A stretch of DNA of 64,000 nucleotides from the NCBI GenBank assembly GCA_918797485.1, contig CAKKNE010000002.1, positions 1,984,001-2,048,000 of the forward strand. Reading direction: 5' to 3'. The notes beneath the pieces are model-generated. The model saw only the letters and a program-made list of their open reading frames with translations. It did not search any database and had not been told where the DNA came from. Below, one piece after another: positions 21,723 through 31,540 of this stretch. Positions within the stretch are counted from its first letter, which is position 1; every line of letters begins with the position of its first letter. The DNA is from Pelagomonas calceolata. Lineage: Eukaryota. The position numbers and the translations under genes were made by a program.

Positions 21723-23340
21723 ATGCGTCAAGTACGTCCGCGCCGCCACGCGGCGGCAGCCCGCGCCGGCAGCGGCCGTGCGACGCGCCGGAAGAGCGGC
21801 GGGGCAGCTGTGCCCATCCTCCCACTCCTGCTGCTGCTCGGCACGAGCCCCGTCGTCTACGTCATGTTGCGCTACGAGACACCGGACGACGCGGTCGCGC
21901 CACCGCCGGCGCCGGCGCCGAAGCGACCGCATCTGCGGCCGCGCGCCCCGCCGCCGCCCCGGCCGGACCCGAGGCCGAACAAGCAGATCGCCGGCCTCGC
22001 CGAGCGGGCGCGCCTCGAGCGAGAAAAGGCCAAGGCCGAGCCCGTCGCCGACATCGGGCTCCCGCCCATGTACGGCGGCCCCGCCACGAAGCCGAAGACG
22101 CTCGGCCTGGACCGGTGCGCCGCGTTCCGTTCAGCTCAGGGGCCGCGGGGCCGGCCGGCCGTGGCGGGCCTCTTCAACACGGGCACGAATTTTCTGATGA
22201 AGCTGCTGAGGCTGAACTGCGATTTTCCGGACGCGTGCCCCGCGCAACCGCACATAAAAGTAGATAAGGACAACCCCTACGAGGCGGAGATCCGCATCAT
22301 GGCCGAGATGCAGATGGCGCGGCGCAACAATTGTAGTCCGTTTTTGCTGCAGGTGCCGTGGGGGAAGCACAACCCCGTGGACTGGCGCGGGCAGCACGCG
22401 GCGCAGGGCCTGGAGGGCGTCGATGTCGACGGTGTCCTGCCCGTGGTCGTGGTCAAGGACCCGTTCACGTGGATGCGGAGCATGTGCCGCATGGATCTGT
22501 GTGGAAATCAAGTCATGCTCCGCGGCCCTGGTTTCGGCTCAAACTCGGACACGATCTCCGAGAGATACACGCGACCAACTGGCCCGAGCGGCACCTCCCG
22601 CAACCCACGACACGCCTCACATTGAAGGGCGCTTGAACTTTGGTTGCCTCACAGGTATGGAGTACGCCGCGAAGTTCCGGCACGGCCAGGCCCAGTGCTG
22701 CCCGCACCCCGTCATGAAGACGAGGACAGTGGTTAGGTTTCGTCGTGAAAGGCCTCCCAGAAACTACACGTCCATCGTCGACATGTGGCGCGAGTGGAAC
22801 CAGGCCTACGTGGACGTCGAGTTCCCCCGGCTGATGGTGCGGTACGAGGACTTGCTCTTTAACAGCCAGGAAACCACCAAAGAAGTGTGCGAATGTGCGG
22901 GCGGGAAGATGAAAGCCGTGTTTGATCCCATTGCGGAGGGCGCGAAAGGCGGCGCCGGGCATGGGTATCATGAGACCGGGCATAATGTGGCTGCTCTCAA
23001 ATTCTCGAACGAGAGTCTGAGGTACGCGCATCTGACGGACGCCGACGTGGCGTACGTGTTGGACCACGCCGGGCCGTTGCAAGACAAGTTCCACTACCCC
23101 GCGTCGATTAGTCGGAGGAGATTGTTCGGCGAGAAACGGATCTGCCAGCCGGACCGGGAGAAGTGGCTGAACTCGGTCGGTTTAAAGACGTCACGGGACG
23201 GCCCCGTGCCCATCGACGACGAGTCGGACGGGGTGGTGGTCAACGGCTTCTTCTTCCGGAACCCGAAGAAGCCGCGGCGGCCGGGCCAGATCTTCCAGGC
23301 CATCCAGAAGGCGAACCGGGCGCACCGGGGGCACCGGTGA
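21723..23340 (+). CDS. Type II membrane sulfotransferase-like protein; GC-AG intron 22489-22654
   Basis: N-terminal TM, GLFNTGTN, VPWGKH, KDPFTW and VRYEDLL. Splicing restores SMCRMEY. Confidence 0.75.
22489..22654 (+). mobile_element. Introner intron with GC donor taken from the TSD
   Basis: TSD gcatggat / gtatggag; TIR ctgtgtggaaatc..gttgcctcacag. Confidence 0.85.
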
Positions 23341-24067
23341 GGATCTTAAATTTAATTAGTCTAGGCGTTGGGCGTCTCGTGCGCGGCTTGCAATTCGACT
23401 TCTATCGTTCCGCGCGGCGTGTCGGGAGAGGCTCAGGCTAATTGCGTCGCGGATCTACCGCCCCTCCCGATATGAGACAGAATGACAAAACGGGTTTTGC
23501 AGCTAACTTTGACTTGAGTTCACGCGCTCGGAGTGCTTTTGTGACTTGGAACGCGCGACGTGGTTGCATTCGTCGCACGCTCAAAACACGCGGAGTCCTG
23601 CGATACAACGACGCGAAACTGCGATGCGCCGCCAAAGCTCGACCGGCCGCCTCGAGATGTCGTTGGCGGACGCGCCGGGCCGGAAGAACTCAAGAAGGAA
23701 GTACGCCAACGAGACGCGGCGCTACGGTCATCTGAAAGGTGGGGATCTGGAGGCCATTCGACGCGATATTGATCCAAGATTATTGGACGCGTTCCGCTAC
23801 GCGTTTTCGGATGCGCGGCGGCGCGAGGTCGTCGGCGGCGACGCGGCGTGTTCGGCGGCGTCGTCGTCGCGGTGGCGCGGTCACTAGGTTAACTTTCTTA
23901 TCATCTCCTCCACCTCGGAGCTTGCGGAGACACACTAGACTCACAAAAGCCTCTCTCGTCCTCCATAGCCCGCTCTCGCTCTCACACGGGATCGACGCGG
24001 CATCACTGCACGAAACGTGCACAGGACAGCGCACTTGTGACAGCGCGCAAGAACTTTGACAGCAATA

Positions 24068-25078
24068 ATGGCCGAAGCGGTGGGTAGAGACCTGGCGGAA
24101 GCAAAAGCTTTACTGGCGCGGGCCACGCGGCCGAACGTGAAGCAGGTCCTCGCGTCGTTCATCAAGACGCAGACCGCGCGCGAGCTCGAGCTGCTCACTG
24201 GTTCAGCGCAGGAGGGCGAGGACCCCTCCCTCAGCACCGAGTTCCCGCCCGACGGGCCTCCGAACCCGTGCCCGCCGGAGCCCAAGAAGAACGCCTCCGA
24301 TCCGGGCGACGCTTTACCGGTGGCGCCGCGCTTCAAGGTCGCGCCGTCGCAGCTGCCCAAGGACGTCGCGAGTCCCGCGCCGACGAAGCTCGTGAGGGCC
24401 GGCTCGGCCGCGCCCTCCACCGCAAAGACGACGTGGGTCGCGCCGGCCTACGGCTGGGAGCAGGGCGAGTACAACTCGCCCTGGGTCAACGTCCTCATAA
24501 GCTTGGAGGGCGTCGGCGCTGCGAAGGAGCGGTGCCACTGCGACTTCGGCATCGATTCGTTCGATTTGAGGGTGACGGACGTGCAAGGCACGAACTACCG
24601 ATTGGTCGTCGAAGCCCTGGACAAGGACATCGTGCCCGAAGAATCAAGACTCATAGTGAAGAAGAATAGGATCACCCTGAAGCTGAAGAAGGTTAAAGGA
24701 GAATACTCGTACGACCACTGGACGGACCTGAAGAAGAAGGGCGGCAAGGCGGCCAAGGACAAGTCGAGGAACAAAGATCCGAGCGCGGGCATCATGGACA
24801 TGATGAAGGACTTGTATGATAATGGGGACGACAACATGAGAAAAATCATCGGGGAGTCGATGATGAAGTCGCGGAACGGCGAGAAGCAGGACCCGAACGA
24901 CATTGAATTACCGCAGTCCCCTGGTATAGATGACGACGACGCGACGGAACCGGACAAGGGGGGCTTCGATCTGGACGATACCAAGACAAAAATGCCGCCG
25001 ATGCCGGAGGGCCGCCTGCCGGACCTGTCGAGCATCCCGGGCATGGAGGACTTCAAGATGGACCCGACGAGCGAGTAG
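24068..25078 (+). CDS. CACYBP: Calcyclin-binding protein (Siah-interacting; CS + SGS domains)
   Basis: ATRPNVKQVL, YGWEQ and DPSAGIMDMMKDLYDNGDDNMRKII. Confidence 0.88.
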   Translation: MAEAVGRDLAEAKALLARATRPNVKQVLASFIKTQTARELELLTGSAQEGEDPSLSTEFPPDGPPNPCPPEPKKNASDPGDALPVAPRFKVAPSQLPKDVASPAPTKLVRAGSAAPSTAKTTWVAPAYGWEQGEYNSPWVNVLISLEGVGAAKERCHCDFGIDSFDLRVTDVQGTNYRLVVEALDKDIVPEESRLIVKKNRITLKLKKVKGEYSYDHWTDLKKKGGKAAKDKSRNKDPSAGIMDMMKDLYDNGDDNMRKIIGESMMKSRNGEKQDPNDIELPQSPGIDDDDATEPDKGGFDLDDTKTKMPPMPEGRLPDLSSIPGMEDFKMDPTSE

Positions 25079-25177
25079 GCGATTCGTGGGGGTCTAAGAA
25101 ATTACACAGTCTCACAGACGATCTTCCCGACGGACTGGCCGCCCTGGATCAGCGCGTGCGCCGCCGCCAGCAACTTC

Positions 25178-26485
25178 TTAGGTAGCGGTCTCGCAGACGA
25201 TCTTTCCCACGGACTGGCCGCCCTGGATCAGCGCGTGCGCCGCCGGTAACATATCGAAGGCGAAGGTCTCGACGCGCGCGACGCGGAGCTGGCCCGCGGA
25301 CACCCACGCGAGGAGCTGCGCCATGTACGCGTCGACCAAATCCGTCTCGTCGGCGAAGAACGAGAGGTTGAAGCCGTGGATCGATTTCGAGGACAGCACG
25401 AGGTCCATGGGCTCGAACGTCGGCATCGACGCCATGCCCTTCGCCATGCGGAGCCAGTGCCACGGGCTCAACGTCGACGAGACTGTGGGCAAGTTCGTAT
25501 GGAAGCCGAAGATCACGAGTCTTCCGGTCTGCGCGAGGGCGTCGTACGAGTTCCGGAGGGTAGAAACGCCGTTCGCGTCGAAGATCGCAGCGTAGCCTTC
25601 TGGCGACGCCGCGGCGACGTCGTCCCACCAATCTTGACGCCCTGCTTTGCAGACGACGGTGTCCGCGCCGCACGCCTTGCAGGCCTCGACCTTGTGCAGC
25701 GCGCCGACGACGCCGACAACAGGAGAACAGCCCAGCGTCTTCGCCATCTGGACCAGCATGGACCCCACGCCGCCGGCCGCGGAGTGCACGAGCACGGCGC
25801 GGTTCCGCGTCGGCGGCGCCGCGGGCCAGAACTGCGCCAGCGCCATCGCGTGGAGGGCCGTGCCAGCCACCGACGGCAGTGCAGCGGCCTCGGCGGCCGT
25901 GAGCGCTTTCGGGGTTTTGCGGCACTGGCTCGCGGGCACGAGCAGCCGCGACGAGTACGCGCCAAAGAATGTGATGCCGAAGACCGCGTCGCCGGCGCGT
26001 AGGTTGTCGACGCCGTCGCCGACGGCCTCGACGACGCCGCTGAAGTCAAATCCCGGCACAATAGGATAACCCACGAATTTGATTGCGCTCTCGTACAGGC
26101 CCCACCGGATCGTCACGTCCGCATAGTTGACCGAGAAGTGCGTTATTCGCACAACAACGAGTCCAGGCGGCGGCGGCGTGGCCACGCGCGTCAGCGACCG
26201 CGACCGCGGGTCCCGCGGCGCGATCGCTTCGGACACGTTGTAGCCGACCGTCGCCAGGTCGTCGTCGAGCGGCCAGAACTCGAGCCGCTCCGGCCCGCCC
26301 GGCGAGAGCACGACGATGCAGCGCGCCTTGCTGTCGCAGTCTGCCAATTGCAGCCGCGGCTTCCTGATCTTGAGCGTGACGAGCAGCCACGACCAGACGT
26401 TGGCTCGAATGGCCATCAGCTGGTGCTGCACAACCTCCAGAGTTTGGCCCGTGAGGCGCAGGCAGAGGGCGTCGAGTGAAGGCAT
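25178..26485 (-). CDS. MDR-family quinone oxidoreductase (VAT-1-like)
   Basis: SVNYAD, VPGFDFSGVV, VLVHSAAGGVG and GQSVGKIV. Confidence 0.88.
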   Translation of the reverse strand: MPSLDALCLRLTGQTLEVVQHQLMAIRANVWSWLLVTLKIRKPRLQLADCDSKARCIVVLSPGGPERLEFWPLDDDLATVGYNVSEAIAPRDPRSRSLTRVATPPPPGLVVVRITHFSVNYADVTIRWGLYESAIKFVGYPIVPGFDFSGVVEAVGDGVDNLRAGDAVFGITFFGAYSSRLLVPASQCRKTPKALTAAEAAALPSVAGTALHAMALAQFWPAAPPTRNRAVLVHSAAGGVGSMLVQMAKTLGCSPVVGVVGALHKVEACKACGADTVVCKAGRQDWWDDVAAASPEGYAAIFDANGVSTLRNSYDALAQTGRLVIFGFHTNLPTVSSTLSPWHWLRMAKGMASMPTFEPMDLVLSSKSIHGFNLSFFADETDLVDAYMAQLLAWVSAGQLRVARVETFAFDMLPAAHALIQGGQSVGKIVCETAT

Positions 26486-26848
26486 CTCTCAGGGAGTGGT
26501 GTCTTATGGGCCTTAGGAGTGGAAATTAGGCAGTGCGTCCGCAGTTGCAGCGTTAGCAGCGTCGAAATGGATCACCGATGCGTTTCAACAGTCCCAGGAT
26601 TGCATACAACTCGCAAAAACTTGCTTGCATGCTTCATTCCTAGTGTCTTACACGACGCTAGCGCGGAGCAGCACGCCAACAACACGTGACGATTCGCGAG
26701 CCAATCGTCGCCAAAACAGAGCTACATTCAGCATTCGTGCATGCGCACTGCGCCAGGCCGATCCGCGTGAGCCCCCGCTGCAAGAGCAGCAGCCACAGCA
26801 CAGCACCACAGAGCAGCACCGCAGCCGAGCTCAAATATGCACGCATCG

Positions 26849-27703
26849 ATGCGCGCAGCCCTCCTCCTAGCGACGGCGGCCGCCGACTTTCCCCTGCTAC
26901 CCATCGCGCCACCATTAACAACACTAACAAATCTGAAGACGGACCCGACCGACGTCTTCGTCTGCTCCTGGCCCAAGAGCGGCACGACGTGGATGCAGGC
27001 CATCGTCGCGCATCTCGTCGCGCCGGACCGGTCCAGTTGGAAGCACGTCTCCGAGGTCACGCCGTTCTACGACGTCGCGGCGTCGTGGGACGGATCTGAG
27101 CCGTCGCAAGCGCTCGCCCAACACTTTGCGAAGCGCGGCCGGCGCTGCTGGAACACGCACCTGCTCTGGTCCCTCATACCTAAAGGTGGGCGCTACATTT
27201 ATGTTGTGCGCGACCCGGCCGACGCCGTCGTGTCCTTCTGGCATCATTTGAGGAACCAGCGCGGCGCCGCGGGCACCTACGAGGGCACCCTCTCGGAATT
27301 CGCGGCGGAGATCAGCGAAGGGACGCAGCCGTACGGCGCCTGGGCGGCGCACGTCTCGGACTGGGCGGCGGCGGCCCGCGACCCTTCTGTGTTAATTGTG
27401 CGCTACGCGGACATGAAGCGCGACGCCGCGGCGGTCGTGCGGCGCGTCGCGACGCACCTCGGCGTGGCCAACGTCGACGCGGACGCGATCGCGCGGCTCA
27501 CGTCGTTTGAGGAGATGAAGACCGACGCGAAACGCTACGCGCCCGTGTCCGTGGAGTGGGCGCCGGGCTTCGAGTTCATCCGCGCGGGCCGCGTCGGCGA
27601 CGGGGCTGTCCTTGATGAGGACGCGCGGCGGGCGTTGGTGGAGGGGCTGACGGAATCTGGGCGGGCGGTGGCTTTCGGCGACGGCGGTTTTGGGGAGTTG
27701 TGA
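26849..27703 (+). CDS. SULT-type sulfotransferase
   Basis: WPKSGTTW (5'-PSB), RDPADAVVSFWH (3'-PB) and FIRAGRVGD. Confidence 0.9.
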   Translation: MRAALLLATAAADFPLLPIAPPLTTLTNLKTDPTDVFVCSWPKSGTTWMQAIVAHLVAPDRSSWKHVSEVTPFYDVAASWDGSEPSQALAQHFAKRGRRCWNTHLLWSLIPKGGRYIYVVRDPADAVVSFWHHLRNQRGAAGTYEGTLSEFAAEISEGTQPYGAWAAHVSDWAAAARDPSVLIVRYADMKRDAAAVVRRVATHLGVANVDADAIARLTSFEEMKTDAKRYAPVSVEWAPGFEFIRAGRVGDGAVLDEDARRALVEGLTESGRAVAFGDGGFGEL

Positions 27704-27704
27704 G

Positions 27705-28244
27705 CTAAGTATTGTTAGAAAAATGGAGCCGGTGCAGGGCGAGGGCGACCTCTCGAAGGTCTTCCTTGTTCTGGGCCCGCCGGAGGAAGCGCTCGAGCAT
27801 CGCCCCCGCGTACCTCGCGAACGGCGTGCGCTCGGTCTCGGACAGCCCGAAGTAGAAGCGCGGGAACATGAGCCAGAAGTACTCGCCCAGCTCCGGGGGC
27901 GTGTCGCCCTGGGGGCACAACGCGAAGGCAGCGACGTAGAGCGACCTCGAGGGCGGGGCGGCCCGCCTCTGCAAGGACTGGAAAGCGTGCGCGACCCGCA
28001 CCCCGAGACGATCGAGGACGGGGAACACCTGCCAAAAGTGGGCGAGCCGAGCGAGCTGCGCGATCTCCCTCAGCGACTCCAGTTGCACCCCGCAGACTTG
28101 GAGCCCCATGACGAACGTGACGTTGCAGGCGATGGCCGTGGCGTGCATCACGTACTCGCTCCAGTGGCCGTGCGTGTTGCCGACGGGCTCCTTGGCAAAC
28201 CAAGCCCAGTAATTACGATTGCGGAGCTTAACTTGGCGGACCAT
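27705..28244 (-). CDS. Hypothetical protein
   Basis: Open frame with coding-like composition, converging on SULT; no recognised motif. Confidence 0.5.
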   Translation of the reverse strand: MVRQVKLRNRNYWAWFAKEPVGNTHGHWSEYVMHATAIACNVTFVMGLQVCGVQLESLREIAQLARLAHFWQVFPVLDRLGVRVAHAFQSLQRRAAPPSRSLYVAAFALCPQGDTPPELGEYFWLMFPRFYFGLSETERTPFARYAGAMLERFLRRAQNKEDLREVALALHRLHFSNNT

Positions 28245-28516
28245 GTCTCTGCCCTCAGGTGCTGTTTGGCGTCGATTGGTAGATTTGTTTGGCCACCCCG
28301 CGGCGCGCCGTTTAAGTGCGAATTGCGCCGCTGGCTCACGCGCCACGTGGGGCTTAAACAACCCCGCTATCAAGAAGGTTTGTGCTCGCAAGCGCAGCCG
28401 GAAAACCCGTTTTATCGTTCGCGGAAGCCTGATCGAGCCCGAACACGCGTGTTTTTATCACATCATTACAAAACGGATTCCGCGCGGGTCCCCTCCGCGT
28501 GCGCTGGACGTCGGAC

Positions 28517-30507
28517 CTACAGCTCGCGCGCCCGCTCGCGCAGGACGAACTTCTGGATCTTCCCTGTCGATGTCCGAGGCAGCTCTCCAAAAACCACGGT
28601 CTTCGGCGCCGCGAACTTGGGCAGCCGCGCCTTCGCGAAGGCGAGGAGCTCGGCCGCGTCGACGTCCTCCGTCGTTTCGACGAAGGCGCAGGGCGTCTCG
28701 CCCCACTTCTCGTCGGGCCGCGCGACGACGGCGCACAACGCGACGGCGTCGTGCTCCATGAGCGCCGCCTCGACGCTGAGTGAGGACACGTTCTCGCCGC
28801 CCGAGATAATCAGGTCCTTGGACCGGTCGCGGATCGCGACGTAGCCGTCCTCGTCCTTCACGGCGAGGTCGCCCGACGCCAGCGCGCCCAGCTTAAATGC
28901 GGCAGCCGTCGCCGCCTCGTCCTTGAGGTAGCCCTTCATCACGACGTTGCCGCCGAAGACGACCTCGCCCATCGTTTGCCCATCGCGCGGCACCGGCGCG
29001 CCCGTGTCAGGATCGACGACGTCCAATCGTCCGCCCGCGGCGTGCGCGACGCCCTGGCGCGCCGTCTTCGCCGGGATGTCAGAAGCGGGCCACGTCGACC
29101 GCTTTTCACAAACCGCGGCCGGGCCGAACGTCTCGGTCATGCCGTAGACGTGCGTGACGTCTAACCCCGCGGCGGCCGCGCGCCGCAGCGTCGCCGCCGC
29201 GGGCGCCGCGCCCGCGGTCATCATCCTTATTCTACGCCCCGGCGCCGCCCGCTCCATGGCCTGGATCGCGAGGTTCACGACGATCGGCGCGCCGCAGAGG
29301 TGCGTCACGCCCTGCTCGGCGAAGGCGTGCGCGATGCCGTCGACCGTCACGTCGCGGAGGCAGACGTTCGTGCCGCCGACGGCCGCGAGCGTGCTCGGGA
29401 AGCCCCAGCCGTTGCCTGTGCGTTGTACGCCATTAGCACGCCATCGCCGCGATTCTTTCGCACACGGGCACAGTACAGTGGAACATGGGCAGCGTCCAGA
29501 GGTAGCGCGTGCCGCCGTCGGCCGGCAGGCCCCCAAAGTCGATCGCGTTCGAGAGGGCCTGGACGTAGGCGCCCCGGTGGTGCACGACGACGCCCTTTGG
29601 TCTTCCGGTCGTCCCCGACCTGTGTGGAAATCAACCAGTGTATTGGGTGCACGATGACATGGCCGCGCTGGCTCCGTCGCGCGGTGAGGAACCGACGTCG
29701 CCACGCCATCGAGCAGGCGTCGCGTCGATGGCGTGAAGCGTAAATTTGATTTCCACACAGTCCCCGACGTGTAGTTGAGCGCGAGCGCGTCCCACTCGTC
29801 CTCGGGTGGCGTCCACGGCGCCGCCGCGTCGCCGCTCGCGACGAGCGCCTCGTAGCCGTCGGCGCGGCCGCCGACGACGACCAGGGGCGGCGGGTTCTCG
29901 AGCGTCGCGAGCGCCTCGCGGCACGTCGCCTCGTAGCGCTCGTCGGCTATAAATAAGCGCGCGTCGCTGTGCTCGAGGACGTACGCGACCGTCGCGGCGT
30001 CGAGGCGCGTGTTCACGCTGCCGAGCGTCGCGCCCGACATCGCGACGCCTTGTTGGGCCTCGACCATCTCGGCCGTGTTGTCGAGCATGCACTGCACGAC
30101 GTCGCCGCGCCCGCAGCCCTGCTTGCGGAGGGCGTCGCCGAGCCGCGCGCAGCGGTCGTAGAGCTCCGCCCACGTCCGCGTGCGGTCGCCGTCGACGACC
30201 TGTGTTGAAATCAAACTTTACGGCGCGTTCGCGCTGAATCATCGCGTCGTCCTCCACGCCATCGACGCGACGCCTGCTCGATGGCGGCGATGCCGGTTCC
30301 TCACCGCTCGACCGAGCCAGGACGGCCGCATCATCGCCGGCACCCGACGCACTGGTTGATTTCCACACAGTGGACGACCGCGGGGCCGTCGGCGAAGACA
30401 TGCCTAGCGCGGTCGATGAACGCCAACGGCGTGAGCGGGATGAAGTTCGCGCCGGGGCGTTTGGGGAAGGCGTTGACGGAGAGTCGTCTCACAGCGAGGC
30501 GGTGCAT
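28517..30507 (-). CDS. Acyl-CoA synthetase / acyl-activating enzyme; introns 30200-30378, 29620-29768, 29416-29476
   Basis: Splicing restores YTSGTTGRPKG and PMFHCNGWG; also HVYGMTE, DRSKDLIISGGEN and LPRTSTGKIQK. Confidence 0.93.
29620..29768 (-). mobile_element. Young introner intron (perfect 15-bp TIR, perfect 8-bp TSD)
   Basis: ctgtgtggaaatcaa..ttgatttccacacag; TSD tccccgac at 29612-19 and 29761-68. Confidence 0.95.
30200..30378 (-). mobile_element. Introner intron
   Basis: TIR ctgtgttgaaatcaa..ttgatttccacacag; TSD tcgacgac / tggacgac. Confidence 0.92.
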
Positions 30508-30944
30508 TTTTGCGGGATGCTGTTCTGGCGTCGGTGTTGACGACAGAGGTCTGCGTCGCACGAAAGAGAGCGCGAGGCCGGCGTCGCGCCGGTCGCGTAA
30601 GGAGGCTTGCCGCGCGCTGTGCCACGCGTTTGTAGGTGTCAGCGCTGCGTGCCGCGCTCGCTTTTGTTGCGTTTTGGCAGCAAGAGGTTTTTTGCCTTTT
30701 ACTGCGCGTGACGGCCCTCGTTTTGCAGGCGGCTTCGCGAGGCGTGGCTGTGGGATGCCTGGTTTGGGTTTTTGCGAGTTTCGGGTGCGAATACAGAGAT
30801 TTGCTGCCGGCTGCACGGGTCAAATCGGGAAATTCTCGGGTCACCGGAGGAAAAAAGGGTTTTGCGATTGAACGATTTAGAAACCCAAATTTTTACTATT
30901 TCAGCTTTCCCAGAGCTGGCAGACATCGGTCGCCGCTCAAATAC

Positions 30945-31049
30945 GCATCTGTGGCCGCACGCACTAACACGCGTGCCACTAGTGGTCTAAGGCGCTGCAT
31001 TCAAGTCGCAGTTCTTTCGGGAGCGTGAGTTCGAACCTCACCAGATGCA
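30945..31049 (+). tRNA. tRNA-Leu(CAA) with a 23-nt non-canonical intron (30958-30980, position 13/14)
   Basis: Acceptor stem GCATCTG/CAGATGC, anticodon loop TTCAAGT, long variable arm, T arm with GTTCGAAC and a T5 terminator. The cloverleaf forms once the insert is removed. Confidence 0.9.
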
Positions 31050-31054
31050 TTTTT

Positions 31055-31125
31055 ACACTAATGATGTAGTGGCAACATCTAAGATTCCCATTCTTAGTCC
31101 CCGGGTTCGATTCCCGGTTGGTGTA
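31055..31125 (+). tRNA. tRNA-Gly(CCC), intronless
   Basis: ACACTAA/TTGGTGT acceptor, TAAGA-TTCCCAT-TCTTA anticodon arm, CCGGG-TTCGATT-CCCGG T arm and an oligo-T terminator. Confidence 0.92.
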
Positions 31126-31540
31126 TTTTTTTTGCCCCCTGTGCCCCTACACCCCCCCTTGCCCCCCTGGGCCGAAACGAGGTCCCACGAGTACCCGAGG
31201 TTGGCGGGAGACGCAACCGACTTTGGTTGCGGTCACCGTTCTGATCTGGGTCGCGTGTGCGACTTCTGGTGCTGGAATGACCTAGAATGGACAGGATGCA
31301 GCCGAGTTACGGGCCACCGAACCGAGACGACGGTAATTTTTTTTTTGGAGCTAGGAGCCGTTCCGATGCGGGGATCGCGTCGATGGCGTCAGAACGGCCT
31401 CTATTGCAAAGCATACCGGCCTTGGCCCGCACGCGAAGATTCCTCGACTCGAGAGCTTGCAAGCCCAAAGTTGGGCTCCGCACCGCTCACACACAGCAGT
31501 GCTATTGCGCTGTGAATTAGCAATCAACGAGTCGAAGAAG

